A DNA stretch of 64,000 nt from an uncultured Pseudomonadota bacterium. GTDB lineage: Bacteria; Pseudomonadota; Alphaproteobacteria; RF32; CAG-239. Position numbers and translations under genes: made by a program. The DNA is taken from contig CASFRM010000006.1 in NCBI GenBank assembly GCA_949297185.1, positions 16,374-80,373 on the forward strand, in the 5' to 3' direction. This document shows, one piece after another, positions 28,113-36,167 of the stretch. How positions within the stretch are numbered: position 1 is the stretch's first letter; each line of letters starts with the position of its first letter. Below the pieces are notes generated by a model that did not search any database, had not been told where the DNA came from, and was given only the letters and a program-made list of their open reading frames with translations.

Positions 28113-28840
28113 TCGATTATGGCTCTAGCCAATTCACGCTCATTTTCCGAATCATAAGTGCGAATGCTGTGGTAAGACTTAAGCCCGTCCATCTTTGTCG
28201 TTACCATAATTTTTTCGCCCATATAACCTTCTTTACGGAAATTAATTTCTATTTTGGCGGGGTCGTGAGCCAAACGAAATTCCGGCTCAACGGCTTCGCA
28301 GGCCCATAAGATGTATACGGCATTATTGATATGTTTGTTTAAGTCAATATCATCAAATCTGACTCTGAATTTAAATTGAGAATCACCTTCCGTAATCTCG
28401 GCAATCTTAGGAAAATCGGTTTCAATTGCTCTCTCTGTAATTGGTGTATGGTAAGGCATATTTTCTTCAACCGAAATCGGTCGCCATCTTTTGAGGTCGA
28501 TTAACACCCATTGGCTCGAGGCTTTTACAATGGATTCACCGTCTTCGCCAAAAATTTCAAAGTCACGATATGCCGAAAGTTTATTGATTGCCGATGGCCA
28601 CGACTTGATAGTTATGTTTTCGTGTATTTTAGGAAGTCTGGTAATTTCCAGAGCATAATTAGAGCCAACCCAAGTCATGCCGTTATCAATGCAGAACTGC
28701 AAACCGAAACCTCTTTGTGCGGCATCCACATCGGCCATATCTTGCAATATATTCATCAAGGTCAAAATACGCAGATTATTGTTGCGGTCACATTCATAAG
28801 AACGAACACTATATTGCTTAGAAAATTTACCTTCTTGCAT
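28103..28840 (-). CDS. Acyl-ACP thioesterase family protein
   Basis: 245 aa. Double hot-dog layout with N-terminal YSVRSYECDRNNNLRILTLMNILQD, typical of FatA/B-type acyl-ACP thioesterases. Confidence 0.7.
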   Translation of the reverse strand: MQEGKFSKQYSVRSYECDRNNNLRILTLMNILQDMADVDAAQRGFGLQFCIDNGMTWVGSNYALEITRLPKIHENITIKSWPSAINKLSAYRDFEIFGEDGESIVKASSQWVLIDLKRWRPISVEENMPYHTPITERAIETDFPKIAEITEGDSQFKFRVRFDDIDLNKHINNAVYILWACEAVEPEFRLAHDPAKIEINFRKEGYMGEKIMVTTKMDGLKSYHSIRTYDSENERELARAIIEWK

Positions 28841-30307
28841 TTATTTTCTCCGTTTGCAGAGCATCATTTCAAATTTTTGTACGGTTCGCCGACGGCTGAA
28901 AGTTCTTTTAAGAAAGCCGATTCCCGAAGTCGCTTTTTGCCAAACTTCGGCCAAAGCCAAATCGTCTTTTGCCACCAACCATACGGCAGGTTGTTTTGAC
29001 AACAGAGTATATTGATTCTTTTCCAGTTTGTACAAGTAATTATTTTTAGGTATGGGATTAATCAGTTTAATTCCCAAAAAGTCCGCCAGCGGTCTAAAAC
29101 TTTCTGCCACAAAACACGGGCAGTGTGTCGGAATAAAAGTTGCATTAGGTAAAATAGCGGCAATTTTGTTCCAGTCTTCAACAAAACCATGTCCAGCACC
29201 TTGCAAAATAGGATACTCTTTAACGGTAACAAACTTTATGTTGCGGGCATTCATTTGTCCTTTTAGCGGATTAAAAAAAGTTTTTGCCGTAATCAAGGCA
29301 AAAGAATCTTTTGAGTTTGCATTAAAAATATTACCGACATCATTAAATACACCGATAACCATATAGTCATCACCAAGTTCGTCCATTTCCGGAGACGGAG
29401 CATAAAGCAGTTTTATTTTCCCTTTAGCCATTTTAGCAAAATCGATACCGTATCTGTTCATCTGCTTAAGGTAATCATAAAAATCTTCATTGCCGAAAAA
29501 TATAACATTTTTCCTGAGTTTTAGAGCGGCTAAAAAGGACAAAATATACATGTCCGCATGGGTTGGATATACCGGAAAGAATATTTTTTTCTTTTGTGAT
29601 TTTTTTATTATTTTTACCAAACATTTTAATACATCGGCCTCTCTAAAGGCAAATCCGTCATTATCGATTCCGCAAAAATCGGCAACGGCGTAGTTTATAC
29701 TATCGGCCAATTCGGCGATTCTTTTTAAGTTAGTAGGCTTGCGAAAATAAGTTGTTTGGTCAACCTTCATATCGCCGGTATGATATACGGTAGTTTCTCC
29801 ATCCGATATAATAAATCCAAAACAGTCAAAACTGGTGTGCGATGCGGATATTGCTTCAATTTTCATTTTACCGAATTTGAAACAATCGCCGTCGTTTATT
29901 ACAACGAAAGTAGGACGCAAAATTTTTCCGATTTGATAATACTCATAAAGATTATCCAAAATCATTTTGGTATACTTTCCGCCATAAATGGTGGGGAGTT
30001 TATATCCGGCTCTTATATAGTGAACAATACCGTTTAAGTGGTCAGGGTGAGAGTGGGTAATAAATATTGCTTTTAGATTTAATGATTCGTCGGTCAAAAG
30101 ATTTTTGATATCAGGCACTGCGGCCACGGAATTTTTAATACCCAAAGCCTGATGATTATCAAATTTCCCCAAATCAATGATTATGGAAGTTTTTTTAAGA
30201 GCCTGATGAACGCAAGTATACTGATAACAATGCCCGCTAATCTGGTCTATATTATTACCGCCCAAAGGACGCCAATATAGACCGGGATTAAACAAAGACA
30301 CATTCAT
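28841..30307 (-). CDS. MBL-fold metallo-hydrolase (possibly beta-CASP/RNase J-like)
   Basis: HxHxDH motif (THSHPDH) and a later HTGD motif. 488 aa. Confidence 0.68.
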   Translation of the reverse strand: MNVSLFNPGLYWRPLGGNNIDQISGHCYQYTCVHQALKKTSIIIDLGKFDNHQALGIKNSVAAVPDIKNLLTDESLNLKAIFITHSHPDHLNGIVHYIRAGYKLPTIYGGKYTKMILDNLYEYYQIGKILRPTFVVINDGDCFKFGKMKIEAISASHTSFDCFGFIISDGETTVYHTGDMKVDQTTYFRKPTNLKRIAELADSINYAVADFCGIDNDGFAFREADVLKCLVKIIKKSQKKKIFFPVYPTHADMYILSFLAALKLRKNVIFFGNEDFYDYLKQMNRYGIDFAKMAKGKIKLLYAPSPEMDELGDDYMVIGVFNDVGNIFNANSKDSFALITAKTFFNPLKGQMNARNIKFVTVKEYPILQGAGHGFVEDWNKIAAILPNATFIPTHCPCFVAESFRPLADFLGIKLINPIPKNNYLYKLEKNQYTLLSKQPAVWLVAKDDLALAEVWQKATSGIGFLKRTFSRRRTVQKFEMMLCKRRK

Positions 30308-30323
30308 AAATCAACCTGTAAAG

Positions 30324-31058
30324 TTATAGTTGACGGGCCTTTTTCAAACGATACTCAGCCAATTTAGCTTCCCGCCACGCATTAGCTCGGGCAGCGGTGT
30401 CAGCCTCAATTTTATTTTTTCCGAGATTAAGAGTTTTTACTTTATCAAGTTCTCTCGGGTTGGGTAATCTGGTATTATTTTTTTCAAGCGAAGCCTGAAC
30501 GATACCCTTATATGCTTTTGATAATTTCTGAGCATATTTTTTAGCTTTTTTCGGTAAGCTGGAGTGATATGCGGTTGCAGCTTTATTCCAGTCGTTACCT
30601 TTTTTCTTATAAAGTTTTTTTAAGAACTTTGCGCCGTACTCAACGTTTCTGTACGGATTGAAAGCCTGATCCAAATTTTCGAAAGCATCCGGATGGTAAG
30701 CCAAATTAATTTGCATACATCCGACATCAATACTTTTTACACCTCTTGCCTGCAGTTTTTTAACTGCGGCAATAGCCTCTTGTTTAGTCTCGTAATAGCG
30801 TCCTTTACCTTGAGCATTAACGGTCCACGGCCAAGCAGTGTTACGTTGCTTTTGCTGATTCCATCTACCGGATTCAACATTGGTAATAGTAGAAAGCAGG
30901 TGTTTTTTAATTTGGTATTTTTCTTCAAACTGCTGAGCCGCTACTGTGCAAACTTCTGTGTCATCAACAAATTTAGGGTATTCAGAAGCTTCCACCGGCT
31001 GAATAAACATCAGCAAGAATAACAAAAACATCAAAAATTTTGATACGAAAAGTCGCAT
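30324..31058 (-). CDS. Lytic transglycosylase (SLT domain)
   Basis: Catalytic ES motif (ITNVESGRW), plus WPWTVNAQGKG and DVGCMQINLAYH. An alternative start at 31097 is created by a 39-bp tandem duplication. Confidence 0.8.
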   Translation of the reverse strand: MRLFVSKFLMFLLFLLMFIQPVEASEYPKFVDDTEVCTVAAQQFEEKYQIKKHLLSTITNVESGRWNQQKQRNTAWPWTVNAQGKGRYYETKQEAIAAVKKLQARGVKSIDVGCMQINLAYHPDAFENLDQAFNPYRNVEYGAKFLKKLYKKKGNDWNKAATAYHSSLPKKAKKYAQKLSKAYKGIVQASLEKNNTRLPNPRELDKVKTLNLGKNKIEADTAARANAWREAKLAEYRLKKARQL

Positions 31059-31108
31059 CCCTCTGTTCCTCAAAAATTTTGATACGAAAAGTCGCATCCC
31101 TCTGTTCC
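31031..31108. repeat. Perfect 39-bp tandem duplication covering the RBS, start codon and first 9 codons of the SLT gene
   Basis: tcaaaaattttgatacgaaaagtcgcatccctctgttcc occurs at 31031-31069 and again at 31070-31108. Confidence 0.95.
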
Positions 31109-31322
31109 CTTAAGTTTGCCACAAATATCCCTTATGCAACAATTGTGCCAATTTCAATTTGCTTAACTGCGATAGATGTTAACTTAAAAAACATCAAAAC
31201 TTAAGGTTAAGTTAGCCAAAACTTTTAAGGAAGGACAAGCCTTAACAAAAACCTCAAAAGCCCATAACTCGCACCCCAAAGGTTAACGAATTATTAACAC
31301 ACGAAAACGGTTTATAGCATAA

Positions 31323-32207
31323 TTAAATTTTAAAATCCAGCAAAAAATTAGCTAACTCTATAATAGAATTGCTTATATGAGTGCTAACTGATTGAAAATT
31401 AGCCTTTTTTTGATATGATAATTCGTCCATATACAAGCTTCGGTTTATCTCGAGCTGCATGGTGTATATTTTCTTGCGTGGCTGGCAATAATTAAAGGTA
31501 ATAAAGGCGCCGGCATACGGGCGGTTAAACTCGGCACGAAAGTCATCTTTTGCCAAAGATTGAAATATATTCTGCGATATTTCATCAGGGCAACTTTCGC
31601 CAAACAGATTGCATACACAAAAATCCAAAGCATTGGATTCGTTCATGATGTTGCAAATCATTGAGGGCATTGAGTGGCAGTCAATAAGCAAGCAAAATCC
31701 AAATTTTCTGACACATTTATCCACCAACTGTTTAAGTTTTTTGTGATACGGTTCATAAACATTTTGGATTCGTTCACGAGCTTCGTTGTAATCGAGTTTG
31801 CCGTCATAAATATTTTTGTTAGGGTAAACAATACGGTGCAATACCCCAAGTCCGACGCGGCATCTGCGAGAGTTAATATCAGAGCTCTGTGGCGGATTAA
31901 AAAACATAGTGTCATCAATCTCGATTTTGTCGCGATTGACATCAACAAAAGTTCTTGGAATATTAAGACTCAACAGCGGAATTCCGGCATTTGAGGCGGG
32001 CATTACAAGTTCTGTAACAAAAGCATCTTCCGATGCGCGTAATTCATGTTCGCTCAAAGCAGAGTTATCCAAAAACTCTTTTGGAAACAATCTTCCGGCA
32101 TGAGGAGAAGATAAGACTATAGGAAACTTAGGCTCTTTGGTGTTAAATTCATCAAAGACCTTAAGTTTGCTATAATCAACGGTAAAGCTCAAATTTTTTT
32201 CACTCAT
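31323..32207 (-). CDS. N-formylglutamate amidohydrolase family protein
   Basis: FGase-family motifs (VLSSPHAGR, IDCHSMP). ATG at 32207 is preferred over the upstream GTG at 32222. Confidence 0.72.
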   Translation of the reverse strand: MSEKNLSFTVDYSKLKVFDEFNTKEPKFPIVLSSPHAGRLFPKEFLDNSALSEHELRASEDAFVTELVMPASNAGIPLLSLNIPRTFVDVNRDKIEIDDTMFFNPPQSSDINSRRCRVGLGVLHRIVYPNKNIYDGKLDYNEARERIQNVYEPYHKKLKQLVDKCVRKFGFCLLIDCHSMPSMICNIMNESNALDFCVCNLFGESCPDEISQNIFQSLAKDDFRAEFNRPYAGAFITFNYCQPRKKIYTMQLEINRSLYMDELSYQKKANFQSVSTHISNSIIELANFLLDFKI

Positions 32208-32333
32208 GTTATCTCTTCTCACAAACAGCTTTCAGATATGACAAGCTATCACCAAAACCTTAAATATTCGCTAATGAAGTCAAAAAAGTTCTTGCAATTA
32301 AATTTGATATATATTATCTAGTTTAGGCATCAA

Positions 32334-32381
32334 GGGTGTGTAGCTCAGGTGGTCAGTCGCGTTACGTTGACATCGTAGAGG
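32334..32381 (+). pseudogene. Partial, slightly diverged copy of the 5' 46-48 nt of tRNA-Val
   Basis: GGGTGTGTAGCTCAGGTGGTCAGTCGCGTTACGTTGACATCGTAGAGG versus the intact gene at 32584. The D-loop region differs (GGTCAGTCGCG vs GGTTAGAGCG). Homology stops in the variable loop. Confidence 0.8.
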
Positions 32382-32583
32382 CTTGAGGCAGAAAACGGCT
32401 CCGGTGGAGCGGTTTTCAACGAAAGGCGAGAGTTTGTTGGTTTATGAGCCAGCTTTAGCGCCGCGAAATAAACGCTACAAACCGAGTGACCGCAGCGAGT
32501 TAGCTTTTGACGCCCAAGCGTCAGAGCTTACGAGCCAGAACAAGCTCGCTTGCGACCGAATTATTAAGGAATTTTATCTATAT
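32382..32583 (+). other. tRNA-linked conserved noncoding element, copy B
   Basis: Homologous to 13797-13966, with the core at 32484-32540. Same order of hairpins. The tracked ORF 32383-32619 runs into the tRNA and is not conserved in copy A. Confidence 0.55.
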
Positions 32584-32660
32584 GGGTGTGTAGCTCAGGT
32601 GGTTAGAGCGTTACGTTGACATCGTAGAGGTCGCAAGTTCGAGTCTTGCCACTCCCACCA
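32584..32660 (+). tRNA. tRNA-Val (anticodon GAC)
   Basis: 77-nt cloverleaf GGGTGTG-TA-GCTC...GAGC-G-TTACG-TTGACAT-CGTAG-AGGTC-GCAAG-TTCGAGT-CTTGC-CACTCCC-A-CCA. One U:U mismatch at acceptor pair 4:69. Confidence 0.9.
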
Positions 32661-32669
32661 ATTAAATAA

Positions 32670-32698
32670 AGGCCGGAACTAAGTTTCCGGCTTTTTTG
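32670..32698 (+). terminator. Rho-independent terminator after tRNA-Val
   Basis: Stem gccggaa / ttccggc followed by TTTTTT. Confidence 0.7.
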
Positions 32699-32792
32699 CA
32701 TTCTGTTATATCAAAAAAACAAATATCTGCTTGCCAACCCAAACAAAAGTTTTTAATATACCCGACGGTTTAAAACAAATGAGGCACAAAGG

Positions 32793-33584
32793 ATGAAAAT
32801 AGGGGTTTTTGATTCCGGTTTAGGCGGTTTGGTTATTACCAAGGCGTTTGTAGAGGCCATGCCCGAATACGACTATGTATACTATGGCGACACGGCTCAT
32901 TTACCCTATGGCGAAAAAACATCCGGACAAATCTTATCCTATAGCATAGAGGCAATAAAATATCTGATTTCACAAAAATGCGGTATAATAATAATTGCCT
33001 GCAATACTGCAACATCCATAGCCTTAAGATATCTTCAGCAAAGATTTATTCCCGAATACGCACCGGATGTTAAAGTTTTGGGAGTAGTGATTCCCACGGT
33101 TGAAGAGGCTCTAAGTGACAATGCTGCCAAAGTAGGAGTTTTGGCAACTCAAGCCACGGTTCGTTCACATATTTATCAAACCGAACTAAAAAAGATAAAG
33201 CCGGATTTAGAGGTCTTTGAAACGGCGGCGCCCGAGCTGGTACCGGCAATTGAGAGCAATGATTTTAGTGTAGCAGAAAGCAAGGCACAAGAATATGCCA
33301 AAAGTTTTTCGGATATAGATTCTTTGATATTGGGTTGTACACATTACCCATTGCTCAAACAAGCAATTCGTCAAGCTTTGCCCGAGCGGGTCAAGGTTGT
33401 ATCGCAAGATGAGTTGATGGGAGCAAAACTCAAAGATTATTTATTCAGACATATGGAAATTGACATATGTTTGAGCAGAGGAGGCAGTCTGCAGATTTTG
33501 GTAAGCAAGCTAAATGAGCATTACCGCCAAACCGCATTAAGATTATTTCCCGAAGTAGAGGTAGAAGAGAGAGAAAATGCGTAA
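32793..33584 (+). CDS. murI: Glutamate racemase
   Basis: GVFDSGLGGL, IIACNTA and LGCTHYP motifs with the two catalytic Cys. Confidence 0.93.
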   Translation: MKIGVFDSGLGGLVITKAFVEAMPEYDYVYYGDTAHLPYGEKTSGQILSYSIEAIKYLISQKCGIIIIACNTATSIALRYLQQRFIPEYAPDVKVLGVVIPTVEEALSDNAAKVGVLATQATVRSHIYQTELKKIKPDLEVFETAAPELVPAIESNDFSVAESKAQEYAKSFSDIDSLILGCTHYPLLKQAIRQALPERVKVVSQDELMGAKLKDYLFRHMEIDICLSRGGSLQILVSKLNEHYRQTALRLFPEVEVEERENA

Positions 33585-34152
33585 AGATTTTTATATGTTT
33601 CGTCATGGCGAAACCGACTACAACAAAGAAGGCAGATGGCAAGGATGCGGAGTAGATTTACCGCTAAATGCCAACGGTGTCAGCCAAGCCGGAGTTTTAG
33701 CCGAGAAGTTAAAACCGTTGGGTTTAGAGGTAATATACTCTTCTCCTTTACAAAGAGCTCTTGAAACAGCACAAATAGCGGCAGCACCGCAGCACCTAAA
33801 AGTAATACCTCTGCCCGAACTACGCGAAGGATGTTTAGGTGTTTGCGAAGGTATGCTAAAAGAAGATATTGCCGCCCAATACCCAAAGTTGTGGCAAGAA
33901 TGGTACGGCGATGAAATAAAAATGGATACCAGATGGCCGGGCGGCGAAAGCAAACTCGAGATGCAACAGAGGATGTTCAAGGGATTTGAAAAGATGCTTT
34001 CGGCCAAAGAAAATGTAATCGGGGTTGCCTCACATAGTGGTTCAATGCGTTATTTCTTATTAGCCTTTGGCTATGGTCCGCACAAAATGCCTAACACATC
34101 ATTGTTTCATATCGTGTGGGAAGACGGCAAATGGAGCCTTAATCAAGGCTAG
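33577..34152 (+). CDS. Histidine phosphatase family protein (phosphoglycerate mutase-like)
   Basis: RHGETDYN catalytic motif and SPLQRALETA. 8-nt overlap with murI. Confidence 0.8.
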   Translation: MRKDFYMFRHGETDYNKEGRWQGCGVDLPLNANGVSQAGVLAEKLKPLGLEVIYSSPLQRALETAQIAAAPQHLKVIPLPELREGCLGVCEGMLKEDIAAQYPKLWQEWYGDEIKMDTRWPGGESKLEMQQRMFKGFEKMLSAKENVIGVASHSGSMRYFLLAFGYGPHKMPNTSLFHIVWEDGKWSLNQG

Positions 34153-34177
34153 TGCAAATATTTAAGTGATACATACA

Positions 34178-34500
34178 GTCATTCTCAATGATGTCTTATT
34201 TTCATGTCATTCTCGGGCGGTGTTTTTTTATTGTCATTCTCGGGCTTGTCCCGAGAATCTCATTAAGGAGTCAAGTTTTGCGAGACCCTCGGAACGAGTC
34301 CGAGGGTGACGATAAAAAAGAAATGTCATTCTCGGGCGGTGTTTTTTTTATGTCATTCTCGGGTGGTGTTTTTTTATTGTCATTCTCGGGCTTGACCCGA
34401 GAATCTAATAAGTTTTAGGCACGGTCATTTTCAGCCTTGTCCCGAGAATCTCATAAGTTTTAAGCCCAATCATTCAAAGACCTTGACCCGAGAACCTAAT
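34178..34500. repeat. Array of short palindromic hairpin repeats upstream of the GIY-YIG gene
   Basis: Unit A is GTCATTCTCGGGCTTGTCCCGAGAATCT, unit B is GACCCTCGGAACGAGTCCGAGGGTGACGA, and half-units are GTCATTCTCGGGCGGTGTTTTTTTAT. At least 8 units are present. Confidence 0.9.
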
Positions 34501-34517
34501 AGATATAAAACAGCAAT

Positions 34518-34805
34518 ATGAAGAACATGTATGTTTACATAATGAGTAATAAGCCGAATGGTACATTATATATTGGTGTAACTAATGATTTATGTCGTCG
34601 AGTTTATGAGCATAAAAATAAACTGATAGAAGGATTTACAAAGCGATACAATCTTAATATTCTGGTCTATTATGAAGTATTTGACAGTGAAATACAGGCC
34701 ATACAACGCGAAAAGAACTTAAAACACTATACACGACAATGGAAACTTAATCTGATAAATAGTATAAATCCCGAGTGGAAAGATTTATATGATTCCATAC
34801 AATAG
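34518..34805 (+). CDS. GIY-YIG nuclease family protein (small UPF0213-type)
   Basis: 95 aa. MYVYIMSNKPNGTLYIGVTNDLCRRVYEHKN...REKNLKHYTRQWKLNLI is the classic GIY-YIG / URI-domain signature. Confidence 0.9.
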   Translation: MKNMYVYIMSNKPNGTLYIGVTNDLCRRVYEHKNKLIEGFTKRYNLNILVYYEVFDSEIQAIQREKNLKHYTRQWKLNLINSINPEWKDLYDSIQ

Positions 34806-34839
34806 GCCAAGCATTTATTGTTACTTTGGTTGTGTTTTT

Positions 34840-35244
34840 TTTATTGTTATTCTCGGGCGGTGTTTTTTTATTGTCATTCTCGGGCTTGACCCGAGAATCT
34901 AATAAGTTTTAGGCACTGTCATTCTCGGGCTTGTCCCGAGAATCCATAATGAATAGACCCTCGGAACAAGTCCGAGGGTGACGATTATGTGGTGTCCGAG
35001 TGTGATGATAAAAAACAAATGTCATTTTCAGCCTTGTCCCGAGAACCTCATAATGAATAGACCCTCGGAACAAGTCCGAGGGTGACGAGAAAAAAGAAAT
35101 GTCATTCTCGGGCTTGTCCCGAGAATCTCATTAAGGAGTCAAGTTTTGCGAGACCCTCGGAACGAGTCCGAGGGTGACGATTATGTGGTGTCCGAGGGTG
35201 ACGATAAAAAAGAAATGTCATTCTCGGGCTTGTCCCGAGAATCT
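34840..35244. repeat. Array of the same hairpin repeats downstream of the GIY-YIG gene
   Basis: At least 10 A/B-type units. The 80-bp block 35101-35180 is identical to 34233-34312. The last hairpin abuts the patatin stop codon. Confidence 0.9.
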
Positions 35245-36112
35245 AATTTTGCTCTAAAAACTTCTTGATTTTCTCAAGGTTGCTTAATGCGTCAAAACGC
35301 CCCAGCTCATACATCTGCTTGACAATATCAAGGTTACGCTCCATCTTGCCGATTTTTATTTTTTTTGACGGTCGCAAAACTAAAGTGTTACCACTCTTTT
35401 CCTCTTTGGCAATATAATCGAGCTCTTGATTATACATAATATGCCTTTGGGCAATAGCTTTGGCAAACAAAGGATATTTACGATATACCAAGTTAGCCAA
35501 CCAACCGTTGTGCGCCGGAGGTTTGCGATAACCGTCCGGTCGGGTCAAAATCACGATATTACGGTTATATCCCATATTTTGAGCGGCCTCAAGCGGGATA
35601 CTGTCGCAAATGCCGCCGTCCAATAATTTTAGCCCGCCCACTTCAACGATTTGCGAAAAAAACGGTAGAGAAGCAGAAGCTCTGAGATAATTGATATTGT
35701 CACCTCTTAATGAAGGACAATGGATATATTCGGCTTTTCCGGTTTCGATATTAGAGCAGACGGCAAAAAATTTACATTTACTGTTTTCAAAAGCATCATG
35801 GTCAAACGGGTCGAGGATATCCGGCAACTCATGATAGCAGAATTCGGTATCAACCACATTTCCGGTTTTGAGCCAATTTTTAAGGCTCATAAATCTGGGG
35901 TCGTTGCCGTATTTAAGGTTATAACGGATTGAACGACCATTTTGTTCGGCCACATAAGTACAGCCATGTATAGCTCCCGCCGACACCCCGAATACGGCAT
36001 CAGCCATGATATTATTTTCAAGCAACACATCCAATACACCGGCGGTATAGATACCGCGTTTAGCCCCGCCTTCCAAAACCAATGCCGTCGTCATAATCAA
36101 TTCATCCTTCAT
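35243..36112 (-). CDS. Patatin-like phospholipase
   Basis: Oxyanion GGAKRG, nucleophile elbow GVSAG and catalytic DGG (LLDGGICD). Confidence 0.85.
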   Translation of the reverse strand: MKDELIMTTALVLEGGAKRGIYTAGVLDVLLENNIMADAVFGVSAGAIHGCTYVAEQNGRSIRYNLKYGNDPRFMSLKNWLKTGNVVDTEFCYHELPDILDPFDHDAFENSKCKFFAVCSNIETGKAEYIHCPSLRGDNINYLRASASLPFFSQIVEVGGLKLLDGGICDSIPLEAAQNMGYNRNIVILTRPDGYRKPPAHNGWLANLVYRKYPLFAKAIAQRHIMYNQELDYIAKEEKSGNTLVLRPSKKIKIGKMERNLDIVKQMYELGRFDALSNLEKIKKFLEQN

Positions 36113-36167
36113 ACTAAAAGAGCCCCGTCAGGTGCAACGAGGCTCAAGTAATTAATAAAACACGAGA

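Noticed and set aside
28511-28999. 162-aa plus-strand ORF spanning the thioesterase/MBL junction
   Set aside because: It is antisense to two well-supported genes and has no RBS or recognisable motifs.
32383-32619. 78-aa ORF across element copy B
   Set aside because: It reads through into the tRNA-Val gene, has no RBS, and the homologous copy A has no equivalent frame.
32334-32660. Group I intron interrupting tRNA-Val
   Set aside because: The insert is not in the anticodon loop. A complete uninterrupted tRNA follows it. The upstream piece is a duplicated 5' fragment, not a 5' exon lacking a 3' partner.
34188-34418. 76-aa ORF (…VILGLVPRISL…SFSGGVFFMSFSGGVFLLSFSGLTRES…)
   Set aside because: It is simply the translation of consecutive palindromic hairpin repeats. 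The peptide periodicity mirrors the DNA repeats, and there is no RBS.
34178-35244. Possible CRISPR array
   Set aside because: The repeats are of at least two interleaved types, each is itself a palindrome of ~23-29 bp, and spacing is irregular. The sequences between them are themselves repeated, and no cas genes are nearby. The region fits REP/MITE-like hairpins rather than CRISPR.
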